A DNA stretch of 64,000 bases, from assembly GCA_965287045.1 (NCBI GenBank), contig OZ336872.1, forward strand, positions 81,964,001-82,028,000, in the 5' to 3' direction. The position numbers and the translations under genes are program-made. This document shows positions 1-12,109 of this stretch, one piece after another. The first letter of the stretch is position 1. Each line of letters starts with the position of its first letter. Source of the DNA: Carcharhinus amblyrhynchos (lineage: Eukaryota). Under the pieces are notes generated by a model, which worked only from the letters and a program-made list of their open reading frames with translations, did no database searches and was not told the origin of the DNA.

Positions 1-1384
1 AAATTGACATTTTTCTTCCAATCTAAAAATGTCATGACTGAATGATTCTCAATTTGAAATTCAGATTGATGGGTATAGAAAACGTGGAAAAATACATCAT
101 TTCTAGGTCTTGTGGTTCACCTTGATTCAAGGTATCAGAACAAACTGGATTTATCAAACAAAATGTTGAAGATAATCCAATCCTCAGAAAGACTTTGGTT
201 TTGCCATCTCCCAATGTAATGGTAAGCAGTTTTACAGTGCCTCACAATGGAGATGAGTTTGAACATTTATATTCCTTTTTGCTGCTTGGCATAAACAGTC
301 TATACATATAGGATGACACACATTTTTGGAAGAATCTTTCTCTATTTCGAAGGTCAGCTTATACACCGACATCTATGGTACACGTCTGTTACAAAATGCC
401 CTCCTTGTGTTTTGATTTTATTCCAATTGATTATCATTTTTGTTTGACAAAATGTTTCAATTGAAGTCTGCCATTCACACCAGAAACTGCTGTAATGTAC
501 TTCCTTAGTGCATAAATCAATAAGACACATTGACCCAGATGTGTGGAATTTAATACTTCTGGACATATGAACCAGTTCGATAAAATTTCTGTTCAAGACT
601 GAAATGCAAAAGTTTCAACTTGATAGGCATTCTTAGTGAAGATATACAGGAAATATCTGACCATTGGTTTTTTATAGCATTTTTTTAATGCTCTAAGGTA
701 ATCTCAGATACAGTTCTTAGTACTTGTCCTCTTTGCTTGGCTGTCAAATCAATGATCTCCCAATTCAAATGTGTGAACCCATGAATGCTAATTAAACGTA
801 ATTATTTCAGTGTAGAATATGAGGATTCCGTTTTCTGGCTTTTTTCTAACGATACATCATGACTTGCGTACCTCTGTCTCTCTCCCTTTCTTTCCCTCGA
901 GGGAAGTCAACCTTCAAGCTGATGCATTTGACTTTCCCCTCCCTTACAACACAAGACAATCCGTATGTACTGACGTATCTGAATCTCACAATTGTCATAA
1001 ATGCTGCATTCACGATCATTTGTACCGTGTGTGAATTGTGTATGTATCAATAAGTAAAATTATATTGAGTTAGTGATGTAGCCAACAATTTAAGAAGCAA
1101 TTCAAGAGCAAATACAGAAGGGCAATAAATGTCTTTCTTGACAGCTATGTCCACATTCTCAGTATGAATTTTTAAGAATCTATGTTAGCCTATGATAAAA
1201 AATTTATTCACTATTCTAGAAAGGTGTTGATTATTTTATATCATCAGAAGCATAAGTTTTACTACTTGAACAATAAAAGGGGACAACAAATCACAGTTTG
1301 TTCAAGCTGTCTTCTTTCAAATGGCAAATGATCTTAATTACCTTAACAGAATGCAGAAGTGGGTACAGCACAGATTCAGCAGGG

Positions 1385-2460
1385 GTTTAAAGAATTAGTT
1401 GCGCAAATTAGGTTTGTGTTCTCTTGAGTTTAGAGGGTTGAAGTGTGATCTAAACAAAGATTCTAAAATGAGAAAGGGATTGATAAGGTAGATACAATGG
1501 GTGGTATTCTTCTATAGTTCCCTGGTGGGGTGGGAATAGGAAGTGTTTCCTGTTGCACAGGCTGATGGGAAACTACACCATAATTTATGAGGTCTGAGTC
1601 AGAAGATATGTATCCAGGGGTTGAGCACTGTGTTCTGTGGGGGACGGGCTTGATTGCATGTGTCCCGCCATTGTAGCTGGGAGTCATAATTAGAAGGTAC
1701 CCAAAATCACTAACTCACCACTGAAGAAAGAAGATGGACATCCAGGAACAATCTGAGGCTGGAAGATTGACCTCCTCGATGACATTGAAGTTGGAAGATC
1801 CACCTGATAGTTGCACTTGCCACCCACTGCTGTGTGCCCAAGGTTACTGGCAGCCTCCATCCCGAGTTTCGGAGGCAACCCCAGGCAGTTTTCAGCTAAG
1901 ACCCAACTTATGCATTGTCCCAAACACGTTCTGGACTGGCATGTTTTCCCATTGGCCTCACAGAGAACTGGGCATGGGAGGAAGATACCTGTCAGGCCTG
2001 TATCTGCATCCTATTAATGGATGCAAATCAGTTTCACACTGGCCCCCAGTGAGTTTTGCGATCGTCATGGTGAGCACCACCGGAAGAGCTCATGAGAAAT
2101 TCGCACCAGCATATAAACAATTTTTGGGCCTTGCATTGAATTCTCCCCCTGCCCTGGCCCTCAGTCACTGAACATGCCAGTGGTAAGCTTGTAAGAATTG
2201 CCCAAGGAAGCCAATTCCTTCATCAGTGGAACCAGAACAAGGAAGTAAAACTGTAAAATTATTGTCAGTTTATTTAGAGTGAAATTACTTCATACAATTT
2301 TACACAAAAAGTGTTGGCAATCTTTGATCAAAGAGTGCAATCTTAGGACAATTGGAGTTTTCAACACTGTGATAAACTTTTGTTACATGAGAATAATAGG
2401 ATGATAAGGAACAAATGCAAGTACAGACAGAGGTACAGACCAGCCATAATCTAAATAAAT
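1385..2460 (+). mobile_element. Old CR1 LINE 3' fragment split by a TIR element
   Basis: CR1-type sequence (ttaggtttgtgttctcttgagtttagagg...gataaggtagat) resumes near 2205 and ends in cagccataatcta. Confidence 0.65.
1499..2203. mobile_element. ~700 bp non-autonomous TIR element (Harbinger-like)
   Basis: Ends GGGTGGTATTCT...AGAATTGCCC. The internal block (tcgatgaca.tgaagttggaagatccacctga) recurs at 23730-23760. Confidence 0.7.
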
Positions 2461-2469
2461 GCCCACAAT

Positions 2470-3115
2470 GGCTTAGTTGATAGCACTCTTGCCTCTAAAT
2501 CATAAAATGCCAGGTTCAAGTCCCACTCCATGACCTAAGTTTATGGGTGTTATGGTAGCACAATGGTTAGCACTGCTGCCTTACAGCATCAAGGACCCAG
2601 GTTCAATTCCAGGCTTGGGTGACTGTGTGGAGTTTGCGCATTCTCTTGTGTCTGCATGGGTTTCCTCTGGGTGCTCTGGTTTCCTCCCGTACTCCAAAGA
2701 TGTGAGGCTTAGTTTGGTTTGCCATGCTAAGTTGCCTTTTAGTTTCAGAGGGACTAGCAGGGTAAATCCATGGGGTTAAAGAATACGACCTGGCTGGGAT
2801 TGTTGTTGGTGCAGGAACGTTGAGCTAAATAGCCTCCTTCTGTACTGTAGGTTTCCTATGATTCTATGAAGGCTGAAACTCCAGCACAAAGGAAGTGTGT
2901 ACCTTTTGGATGAGACATTAACTGAGGCTCTGGCTTCCCTTTTGAGATTGAAAGATCCCATGAGACTATTTGAAGAGCAAGGCAGTTATCCCTGGTAAAC
3001 TGACAAATACGAAGTCACAGAAACAAATTAACTGACCATTTTCAACTGCTGTCTGTGGGAATTTCACTGCACAAATTGATTGCCTCAATTCCTATATTAA
3101 AACAGTAATTACATG
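2470..3115 (+). mobile_element. DeuSINE/SacSINE1-like tRNA SINE interrupted by a V-SINE
   Basis: tRNA-like head gcactcttgcctct...ggttcaagtcccactcca. Deu-like core gatcccatg...ctatttgaagagcaaggcagttatccctgg. Confidence 0.65.
2545..2868 (+). mobile_element. HE1-like V-SINE, full length
   Basis: A/B-box head tggttagcactgctgcc...ggttcaattcc, V-domain gggtttcctctgggtgctctggtttcctccc, CR1-type tail gcctccttctgtactgtagg...attctatga. Confidence 0.9.
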
Positions 3116-6100
3116 TTAAATAAAAGCTAAACACTGCAGGTGCTGGAGATCTTAAATAAAAACAGGAAATGCTGGAAAAATGCAGCAGGTCTGGGGATTG
3201 ACTTTGGTCTGAAAATCCCACCTAACTTTTCAAGTCCAAAATGACTACTTCAGAAATTCATTTCAACAGTTCATAATTGAGCTGTCTGATGGTCATGGAA
3301 ATCACAATGTCAATGCAAGTCTTTCATTCTTTTGAACTGAATGGCAGAACAAGTTAGAGGGGTTGAATGGCCTACTCCTGTTCCTATCTTTATATGGGGT
3401 GGAGAGTAACACATGGCAAGGACATTTAATACCAAAGGGCTTAATTCATTTCTGAAAGACACATCATTGGATTATCTGCGGAGCTCAGAATTCAGAAAGA
3501 ATGGCCCCAGGCAACCTCCCTGTGGTTTCAGTTTAAAAGATATATTTTTGTTTCAAAGCACAGCAACTGAATAAGTGGAGCCTGCAGTTCCAAATCTGAG
3601 AGCTTCCTCTGTTCTCCAAAGGGAAAGATAATCTGAAATTAGTAATAAGTGACTTTGTGAGTTTACCCTTTCTGAACACTGCAGGAGGCTGAGAGAAATG
3701 TCTATCCACCCCACACCGTGCATGGTTGGGGCTTCACTCTCACATATTGCAGCAGACACCTCACTTTGTTGTGTGTCTCTCAAAATAAAACCACAGTATG
3801 ATCCCACTCCCCCCCGCCAGGTGGAATTTGAAAGGTCATCTTTAGCGACAGCTCGAGATAGGAACAATTCAGAGCTATGGGTGGAGGAGTGGGGCATATT
3901 GAACCTGAACCCATTAACTGAGTGAACACAGCAGTATCTTAATAATTACTTAATTCGTCTTGCTGTCGATCTTTCTGTTTCTCAGTTAAAGGTCAAACAG
4001 AAGGCCAATGTTTTCTGTATTATTGTACAAAGGGAGGGAGAGTGATCCATAATGGTTGTAATGTTTTTTTTAATAGAATTATTAATCTTAGTGCTGTTGC
4101 CTGCTTTACTACAGCTTCCCCACTCTGCCCAACCTACCCCCCTCCTAAGCATTAAGGTCGCATTTAAGAAATAACTACGAAAGATAGAGGAGTCAATTTG
4201 ATGGATATTAATGTGACTCTGGAGATTAATTTAACATCAGTAATCACATGACTGTTTTTAGCAGCTAAGCTTTAAAGTTGCTATCTACAAGTAAAGCATC
4301 ATGAATTAAAATAATCTGTAGACTGAAGTATCCAATCTTATTCTTATTGAGCTTTTTTGTGCTTTACGCCTTCTGTAGCTTTTGTGAGTTTCATCACTGA
4401 GCATCTCTTAAAAAAAAGTCGAATTGTGGAAAATGACAGAAATATATCATAATTCATAATGCCAATCATTGAGATGGGATACATTTTCTGTTAGTGCCCT
4501 CACAGCAGGTTCCTAACTTTGAATAGAGCACTTGGGAAGGATAGTGAGCAGAGCGATAGCCCGTTCTGTGGGGAAGCAGGGGATAATCAGAGGACAAGTG
4601 AGCTGAAATGCTCTCATTCATCTGCTAGCAAGTGGCTCAAGTGCAGATTTGATAGCATGTATTGTCTGCTTATCCCCGTGGCAGGGTGGGAGCTGCATAG
4701 GAGTAGCACCTAAAAAGGCAAGGAATAAAAAAACACAACAGGCAAGTATGGTCTGTTTGCTGCTGCATAACTTCTGCCCTTCTTTGCTGAGAATAAATCT
4801 GGAATGATAGTTCTGAGGCAGTGGAACCAGGCTGCTCGATTTCTCAGATGTGGCACAGAAAAGATCATTTCTACACAATTAAAAATGAAAGTATTGGAAT
4901 TAACTGTTCTGTCAGTGTTACCAAAATATTGGTATTGGATATATTTGTTTTTGAAATGAGAAGTATGACTGATCATTCTTATTTTGCATTTTGCACAATG
5001 ATGAAATATAGCACATTGCATAATTCATTCAACATTTCATTTGGAATGTTTTATTAAACACATGTTCTATAAATAATATATTCCATGGTAAACTGCAGAG
5101 TAAATGGTCATTGCTATTCATGAGAACGACCCTTTAAAACTCAGCATCCTCACTCATGCTACAAATCCATAGTTGTGTATTCAACCTCTCTGTCTATCCT
5201 GATAGATCAATATATAGACTTTTAGTCATGCGGTCTGAGCTTTTCCAAAGAGTTGGTGATACATCTCTATAACGTGCTGACAGGACTTAATAATCCCTGT
5301 GCTTTCTGACAGCTTTTCTTACCCCGCTTAATGGAAAGTTCCACTTTCACGTGCAGTTCAAACCAAATAAAGTGCTAATCTTCCAGTTGACACAATTAAT
5401 TCAAGCATAAGACCCGCCTCTCTCCCTGCCGCTATGAGTACGAGTTTGGAAGAATTAAATTCCCAAAAGATTCCAGATTGCCTCAGCAAATCATATATTG
5501 TGGGATGAAACTTCCCTTCAGTACTGGAATGATTCCAATTTTCAGGAGCTAAATTCATCTGGCTTGCTTAAGGTAGCAAGTTATAAAGCACTACTGAGCA
5601 GTACTATGAAACCCAACCCTGCTTCTGTGAAATAGTAGCTATGCATATTGAATGCTGAATTTGAAAAAAGGGAGAAGCTATAGTTAAATTGAAATGGTAC
5701 ACTGATCTTATCCTAGCCCAGAATTTGCATCATCTGTCCTTGATTATAGTTTTTCCAGGATAGATTCAGGTTCCTTGAACCCACATTGCCCTCCTTCCTT
5801 CCAACTAACCACAAATAGGAAAGGCTTCAGTGTGAGAAACTAGCAAAGCACAAAAACAAGCTAGCACTAAAAAAATTTCCAATTTGGTTCAAAATGGATG
5901 AAATTGCCCGGTTTCTCAAAAGAAGTATATTTTATTGTTCTATTTTTATTACAGGACAGAGTTTTAAGAGCCTGCACTTGGACTGTTTGATGGGACAATG
6001 TAAAGGTAGCTTCACTGTAAATATCATGCCCTCATTTGATGGGAACGTGTCGAGAGAGTTTTACTCTGTATCTAACTCTTCCTTTATCTGCCCTAGGTGT

Positions 6101-7530
6101 GTTTGGTGGGTGGTGTAAATAGAATTTTATTCTATTGCTAACCAAAAAAATCTTCAAAACATAGAGAGCTGCTTTAATCGATTTATAATTTGGGAGCTCA
6201 GTTCCAATATTTTGATTTGTATGTGAAATGAGCAATGAGGTCAAACATGAGATGTCTCTGCTATTGCATCTCAGTCACGTGTATATGGTGGCTATGGAAA
6301 TTAAATCCTTACACAGTAACAGGCAGCATCCCTGCATTATAAATGTGTTGCTGTCATATGCAGAACAGGCTTTTTAAATTATCCAGTGAAGGCAATGGAT
6401 CTGATTATCAGATGTGGTGTATATATTGTTCAATTTGCCTGAAGATAAATTTCTACTTTAATATATCTTCAAAATTTTGAGGCATTTAGGTTATAATGTT
6501 TGCTCATTGTTATTTGTGTGTGCTAACTTCCACAAGGTCCATGGGGGATCACTGATTGATCTGCCTGTTGGGCCAGTTGAGTATGAGTTTTCCTGGTAAC
6601 AAGAGTGTCCTGTCCTGCTGAGCTTTTTTATAAGGCACGCCCAGGACTGGGCCTGCTGGACAGTAGTCCCAGGCAAGGACTAGTGTGTGTACTTCACATC
6701 ACTGCTTTCCCTGGTGTATAAGACAAGCCTCAAATTTAGAACAAGCTCCTTACACTCAAAGTAAAAAAAAACATCCAGTACAAATGGAATGTATCTTAGA
6801 GTGCTGAGGTGAAGATAGTAGAAATTCTGATCAAAATCTTCCAGTTCTCAGATTTGGGAGCGGTCACAGGGAACAGGAAAATTACAAATGTTACACCTCT
6901 ATTCAATGAGGGGAGAGGGATAAAGCAATCAACTGCAAACCAGTCTGCCTAACATCAATGATGGGAAAACATTTAGAGACAATAATGACATGCAAGATTA
7001 ATTATCACTTAGAAAAAATATGGCTTAATAAATGACTATCAAAATGGATTTGTTAATATCAAGTTGTGTTTGACTAATGTGATTTGCATTGTTTGAAGTA
7101 ATTGGGAGGGTTGTGATTGTGCATTTTGACTTTCTAAAGGCATTTCATAAAGTGCTTTTGCTAACGAGAGATTTTAGCAAAGTTGAAGTTCATGAGATTG
7201 AAAGGGCAGTGGCAGCATGGTTAGAAAATTGCCAGGAGACATAAAGCTATGATTAGTGGTGAATGGTTATTTTCCACACCAGAAGGAAGTAGTTAGCCTT
7301 CAGCTGTTTAGTATTATCGCCAATGCTCTTTCTGATTTGGGTACACAGAATACCATTTCAAAGTCTGCAGATGACATAAACCTGGAAATGTAATAAACAT
7401 TGATAAGTACAATCAAGACTTCAGAAGGACATAAGGCCTGTGACATGGGCAGATACATAGCAGTTTAATGCAGAGATATGTGAAATTATGCATTTTGGAA
7501 AAGAGAATGAGAAGAAGTGACATAAACTAA

Positions 7531-7742
7531 GGTGGAGGGAGGAATTCTCTGGCCTCTCCACAGTGTGTTTCTCGTAGCGGGAGGTGGGGTGCCAGTCGCT
7601 TGTGGCAAGATCTTCTGGCCCCACTGCTGTCAATAGGACTTCCTGCTGATTGCACTCCATGGCACCAAGAAACCCACAGCAGAGTATGCCATCAGCAGGA
7701 CCAGAATATCTCGCTCACATGAACATTGGGAGAATTCCCACC
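7531..7742. mobile_element. MITE, ~210 bp, TAA target-site duplication
   Basis: GGTGGAGGGAGGAATTCTC...GAGAATTCCCACC flanked by TAA (7528-30 and 7743-45). Removing it restores contiguous CR1 sequence. Confidence 0.8.
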
Positions 7743-7901
7743 TAAATGTTATAATTTAAAACAGAGTGGAGAAACTAGATGTGGGGGTGCACGGGAAGAT
7801 ATATAAGTATTTAAAGTTACAGGACAAATTGATAAATCTGTCAAAAAATCATCTGTAATTATTGGCTTTATAAATAGAGGCACAGACTCAACTTGAGCAC
7901 T

Positions 7902-8108
7902 AGGCGGGATTTTCTACACATCCTGTCGCATGTTTTGCCATGATTGAGGAGCCTGCCATTGGCTGGTGGTAAGATCTTCTAGTCCTGCCATTGTCAATGG
8001 GAATTCCCATTGAATGCATCCCTCACCACTGGGAAGCCCGCATCAGGGGTGTACCATCAGCAAGACCAGAACATCTTGCCAGTGAGAGCAGTCAGGAAAA
8101 TCGTGGCC
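7902..8108. mobile_element. MITE, ~205 bp family
   Basis: GGCGGGATTTTC...GGAAAATCGTGGCC. The internal aagatcttct.gtcc...gtcaat block is shared with 7531, 47484 and 55701. Confidence 0.75.
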
Positions 8109-9435
8109 ATTGTATTTTATTTGGGGCGTCATCCTCTAGGAAGGTTGTCAAATTCTTCGAGACCATGCAGAAGAGGTTCACTAGAATGGTTCGGGAATGG
8201 GGGAATTCAGTTAAATGGAGGGACCGTGGAAGCTGAGGTTGTTTTCTTCCCAACAAGAGATTCGATAGAGGTGTTCAAAATCATCAACAGTTCTGATAGT
8301 TTTTTTGTGAAACCGTTTCCAATGGCAGAAAGGTGTGTAACAGGACAAAACAGATTTAAGGTGAATGACAAATGATTCAGTGATGACATGAGGAAACATT
8401 TTATAAGGAAGTGGATTGTTGTGAATTGGAATGCGCTGCTGAAAGGGAGGTGGCAGCAATTTCAACAATAACATTGGAGAGGGAATTGAACCAAAACTTA
8501 AAGGGTTAAAAAAAAGCACAGGACTACAGGACATGAGAGGTAAATGGGATGAGCTGAATGGCTTGACAAAAGGGATGGCAAGATGGACTGAATGGCCTTC
8601 TGTGCTGCATGATTCTATGATTCTTGATTCTATAACTGCATTAACAATCTTAGCATTATACAGCTTTGCGCTCTTGGTGAAAAAACAGCATTTATTAACA
8701 GGAAATAGCACAGCGGTAAACATATATTACTGCCTCATTGCAAGCCTGTTGTAAATAATGGAAAATAATTAAGATCCCCAAACTTTAGTTCTGCCAGCAT
8801 TTTACAGCAAATGACCCAGACATGAAATGAATACAAGTACAATGTGATTTGCAAAAGGGACGTTAAGCAGTGCCAGCAGTGTTTATTCTGTTTTTTTTAA
8901 ACGCCATCTAATCAGGCTGGGGAATAATTGGTGTGCATGTAAAAACTTCTTTGTAATTGGCATGCAGTTCTTCTAAATGTATATAAATGGTACACTGTGT
9001 TCAACGTGCATGAAACAGCAGTGAAAGTGTGTTTTGTACTGGATTTTATGGTTCTATATATTGAAAGTCAGATTATTAAGCTTTAGTGAAAAGGGACATC
9101 AGTTTGGTCAACCAGATCAGTGAAATTAAATTCTGAGATCAATAATGGGGACAGATGCTGCAGTCAGATTAGTTTCCCATATTAGTTAAACTAAGATTAA
9201 TTTAGTGGCATCAACTTAATCTTCTGCTTTTCTTTATTGGAATTAGTAGTTGGAGTGACATTCCAAGTAAACCCTATTTAGTGTAGCTTATAACTATGGT
9301 GTTTTATAATTAGAAGCCCATAAACAGAGATCTGGAAGCGGTAAGGTCAACCACATTAGATTTGCAATGTCCTTATTCTACACCGTTCACATCCTCAGAA
9401 TGTGTTAAGGTGCTTTGCAGTCAGATAAATACTTT

Positions 9436-9695
9436 TGGAATAAAAACAGAAAATGAGTAGGTCTGCCAGCATCTATGGAGAAAGAAATAGAGTTTTCGCT
9501 TCGAGTCAAAATGATTCTTAGAAGAGTCATACGGACGTGAAATTTTTAACTCACTCGGGCATGACTAGAAATTCCTTCCCTGAGGTAAATGGAGATTTCC
9601 ATTGTCGGATGCTCCACAAGGCTGCCAGACCTGCCCAGTTTATCTTACATTTTCTGATTTTATTTCAGATTTCCAGCATCTGCAGTATTACATTT
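9436..9695. mobile_element. Penelope-like terminal repeat (inverted pair) inserted in a minus-strand DeuSINE-like relic
   Basis: aaaaacagaaaatg...ggtctgccagcatct versus gctgccagacctg...cattttctgattttatttcagatttccagcatctgcagta. The sequence taaatactt(t)tggaa is duplicated on both sides. Confidence 0.7.
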
Positions 9696-10105
9696 TATAA
9701 ATACTTTGGAAATCCACCCTCTGAGGCAATGTAGAAAAATGCAGTGCCAATTTGCACACAGCAAAGTTTCACAAACAGTGGTGGAATAATGATCAGATAG
9801 ATTATCAGCTTTAGATACTGGTTCAGTGATTAATGGAGCAAACTCTACAGCTTGTCTATGAGTAGTGCCATGAAATCCTCTGTGCCCATCTGAGAGAGCA
9901 AATATTGCTTTGGTTTAAGATTTCATCCAAAATGCTTCACTGTTATACCTTGAAGAATATCAGTCCTTTCAAAATGATCCAGGAGAATTACTGGTTACTG
10001 TTCTCTCTCTGTCAATGAAAATGTTATCTTATTAAACATTACCCTGAAAATGAATCAATAACTGTAAGGGTGTGTGTCTTTTGTACACACTGATGAGGAG
10101 ACTAT

Positions 10106-11073
10106 GGATGAAATCTTGAGCCCATGTTCACTGTCTCCGAGGTTGTCGGTAGGTGCTCAAGATCGGGAAGTCATTGTTCTCACTGGAGTGATTGTGACTT
10201 TGTATCTTCCCCACCTCTCACCAGCTACGGCATTTGTAAGCATTTTAATATTATTAATCTGTCCCCTTACTATCTTACAACAGGTTCAAACAGACTCTCC
10301 CCAGAGGTGCAAAGGTAAGTATAGCCAGACGAGGAACAGGGCCAGGGAGTGCCCTGGCAATGTCCCCTGGCACTAGCACTTGGCATAGGTTGCCACTGCC
10401 AGGTTGGCATCATCAAAGGACAGGCTCCAGTGGGAGCCTCAGGGAGGAGTGGAGGATGACTCGGTTCTGACTGTGGATGGGGAGGAGGGGGGCGGGGTGC
10501 AATGATCATGGGGGAGGGATCAAAGCTAATGGTCAAAGGTGGGGGGAGCGAGAAGGAACCAGTGATCACAGTGTGGGGAGGGAGGGCTGAGGGAGGAGAG
10601 GAGGGGGGTGCAGAAGGGGTCAATGATCGCAGTAGGAGGAGGAGAGAAGGGGCTGATGATCGACGACATCGGGGGGGGGGGGGGGGGGGGGGGTTGTCAG
10701 AGTGAACAAGCTCAAATCAGGGGTGGGGAGGGGAGTCCCTGAGGCCTTATTGGTAAAATGGGACGTGATTTGCAGGTCTGATCGGGATATCCTTGCCCTG
10801 GCCTCTGAGCAGCTGGATTTTGCCGGTGTGTTTAAGCCCTGCTTCTCTCTATGATGGTGTGAACTTCGCCCCCTTGATTTTTTTGGCAGAGCGTGGTAGA
10901 ATCTGGAGACAAATCTGACTGATTTCTCTGGAGAGAAACGCAATAATTTTCTCACATTTCTCTCAGTCTGACATTTTTGGTAAGAGTTAGCCTTACATAA
11001 TGTTTCCGACCTATGGAGGTTGGATTTTCCATGCTTTTGTGTTTCTCTGCACACTTTCCAACAAGATTTAACC
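10106..11073. mobile_element. ~970 bp GC-rich non-autonomous TIR element with poly-G tract
   Basis: GGATGAAATCTTG...CAAGATTTAACC. The left end matches 37760 (atcttgagcccatg...gctcaagatc). Confidence 0.7.
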
Positions 11074-12109
11074 GATTCTCTCTAGCTATATACTTAAGCA
11101 AAACATGTAGCAGCTAGACAGGATGCAGACATCCCAGAAGATTTCCGAAGCAATATAACCAATACAGTGGATATTACAAAGCTAACAACACAGACAGCAG
11201 GGCACTTGAGCTTCACTGCAGGGAAGGGAATTAGGACATCCTTTGTAATGGGAACAGTGGAATGTTGTAAGCAGAATATTTACACAATTTTTGAATTCGA
11301 GCTGCTGACAGATGATTAGGTTTGGGAGGTACTTAACTTGAGATATAACATTTTTGTTTTGCTTTCAGTCAAAGTGGGTAAATGGTATCCTTTTAGCAGC
11401 AACAGTAACCGTGCTAAAGCAACTGACGCCACACTCCCTAAATACATTTTAGCATCTTCTTGAATTTTTTTAAATAAATGAGGTCTAAATTGCCTAAAGT
11501 TCCATAGAATATTAAAATGGTCTATGTTTTAATATGTTTCTCAAACTGAAATACGGAAAGGTTAGAAATCTGTGGAGATTTATGTTAAATATGCCATGTA
11601 GCGGAAAATTGAGACTACTTCTGAACATTTGCAGGATTAATTAATCTAATATTGGGATCCAAAATCTAAGTGAACCACTGTGGAATGTACGATTAATGCA
11701 AAGTATCATTTATTCTGATAATAAAGTTGCTATTCTGAAGACAGATATCAAGGGATGCAAAACATGCTTTATGGAAAAATACATTTTTCATGATTTCTGT
11801 TATAAGCTTTCATCTGCCATCATGTACTATAATCTGTAGCCAGTACAACTCTTCATAGCAACTACAATCAGCCACTCGAAGGTTAATTTGGGACTGAACT
11901 CACCCAACTACCTAAACAATGTGGGTGTGAATGATGAGTAACACCGCAAGCCAATTCCTGAACTATTGGTTGACCCACAGTCTGTGAATCAATCATTGAC
12001 TTACTGGGACTACCTAAGGTGTCAGAATAGAAAATTAATGTAAATATTTTATTTTGAAAAGACAAATACACGTTCTCCCAATTAGATTAGACTAATTCAA
12101 ATGGCATAT

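Larger units (their letters stand above)
6775..8630 (+). mobile_element. Degenerate CR1 LINE (RT to 3' UTR) with two nested MITEs
   Basis: RT remnants (tctgcagatgacataaa ~FADDTK; MQKRFTRMV) and 3' tail gaatggccttctgtgctgcatgattctatgattc. Confidence 0.85.

Noticed and set aside
111-214. TLNQG|gtgaac resembling the end of the EphA4 juxtamembrane exon
   Set aside because: Upstream residues lack the YSKAK/acidic pattern; only a 4-residue match.
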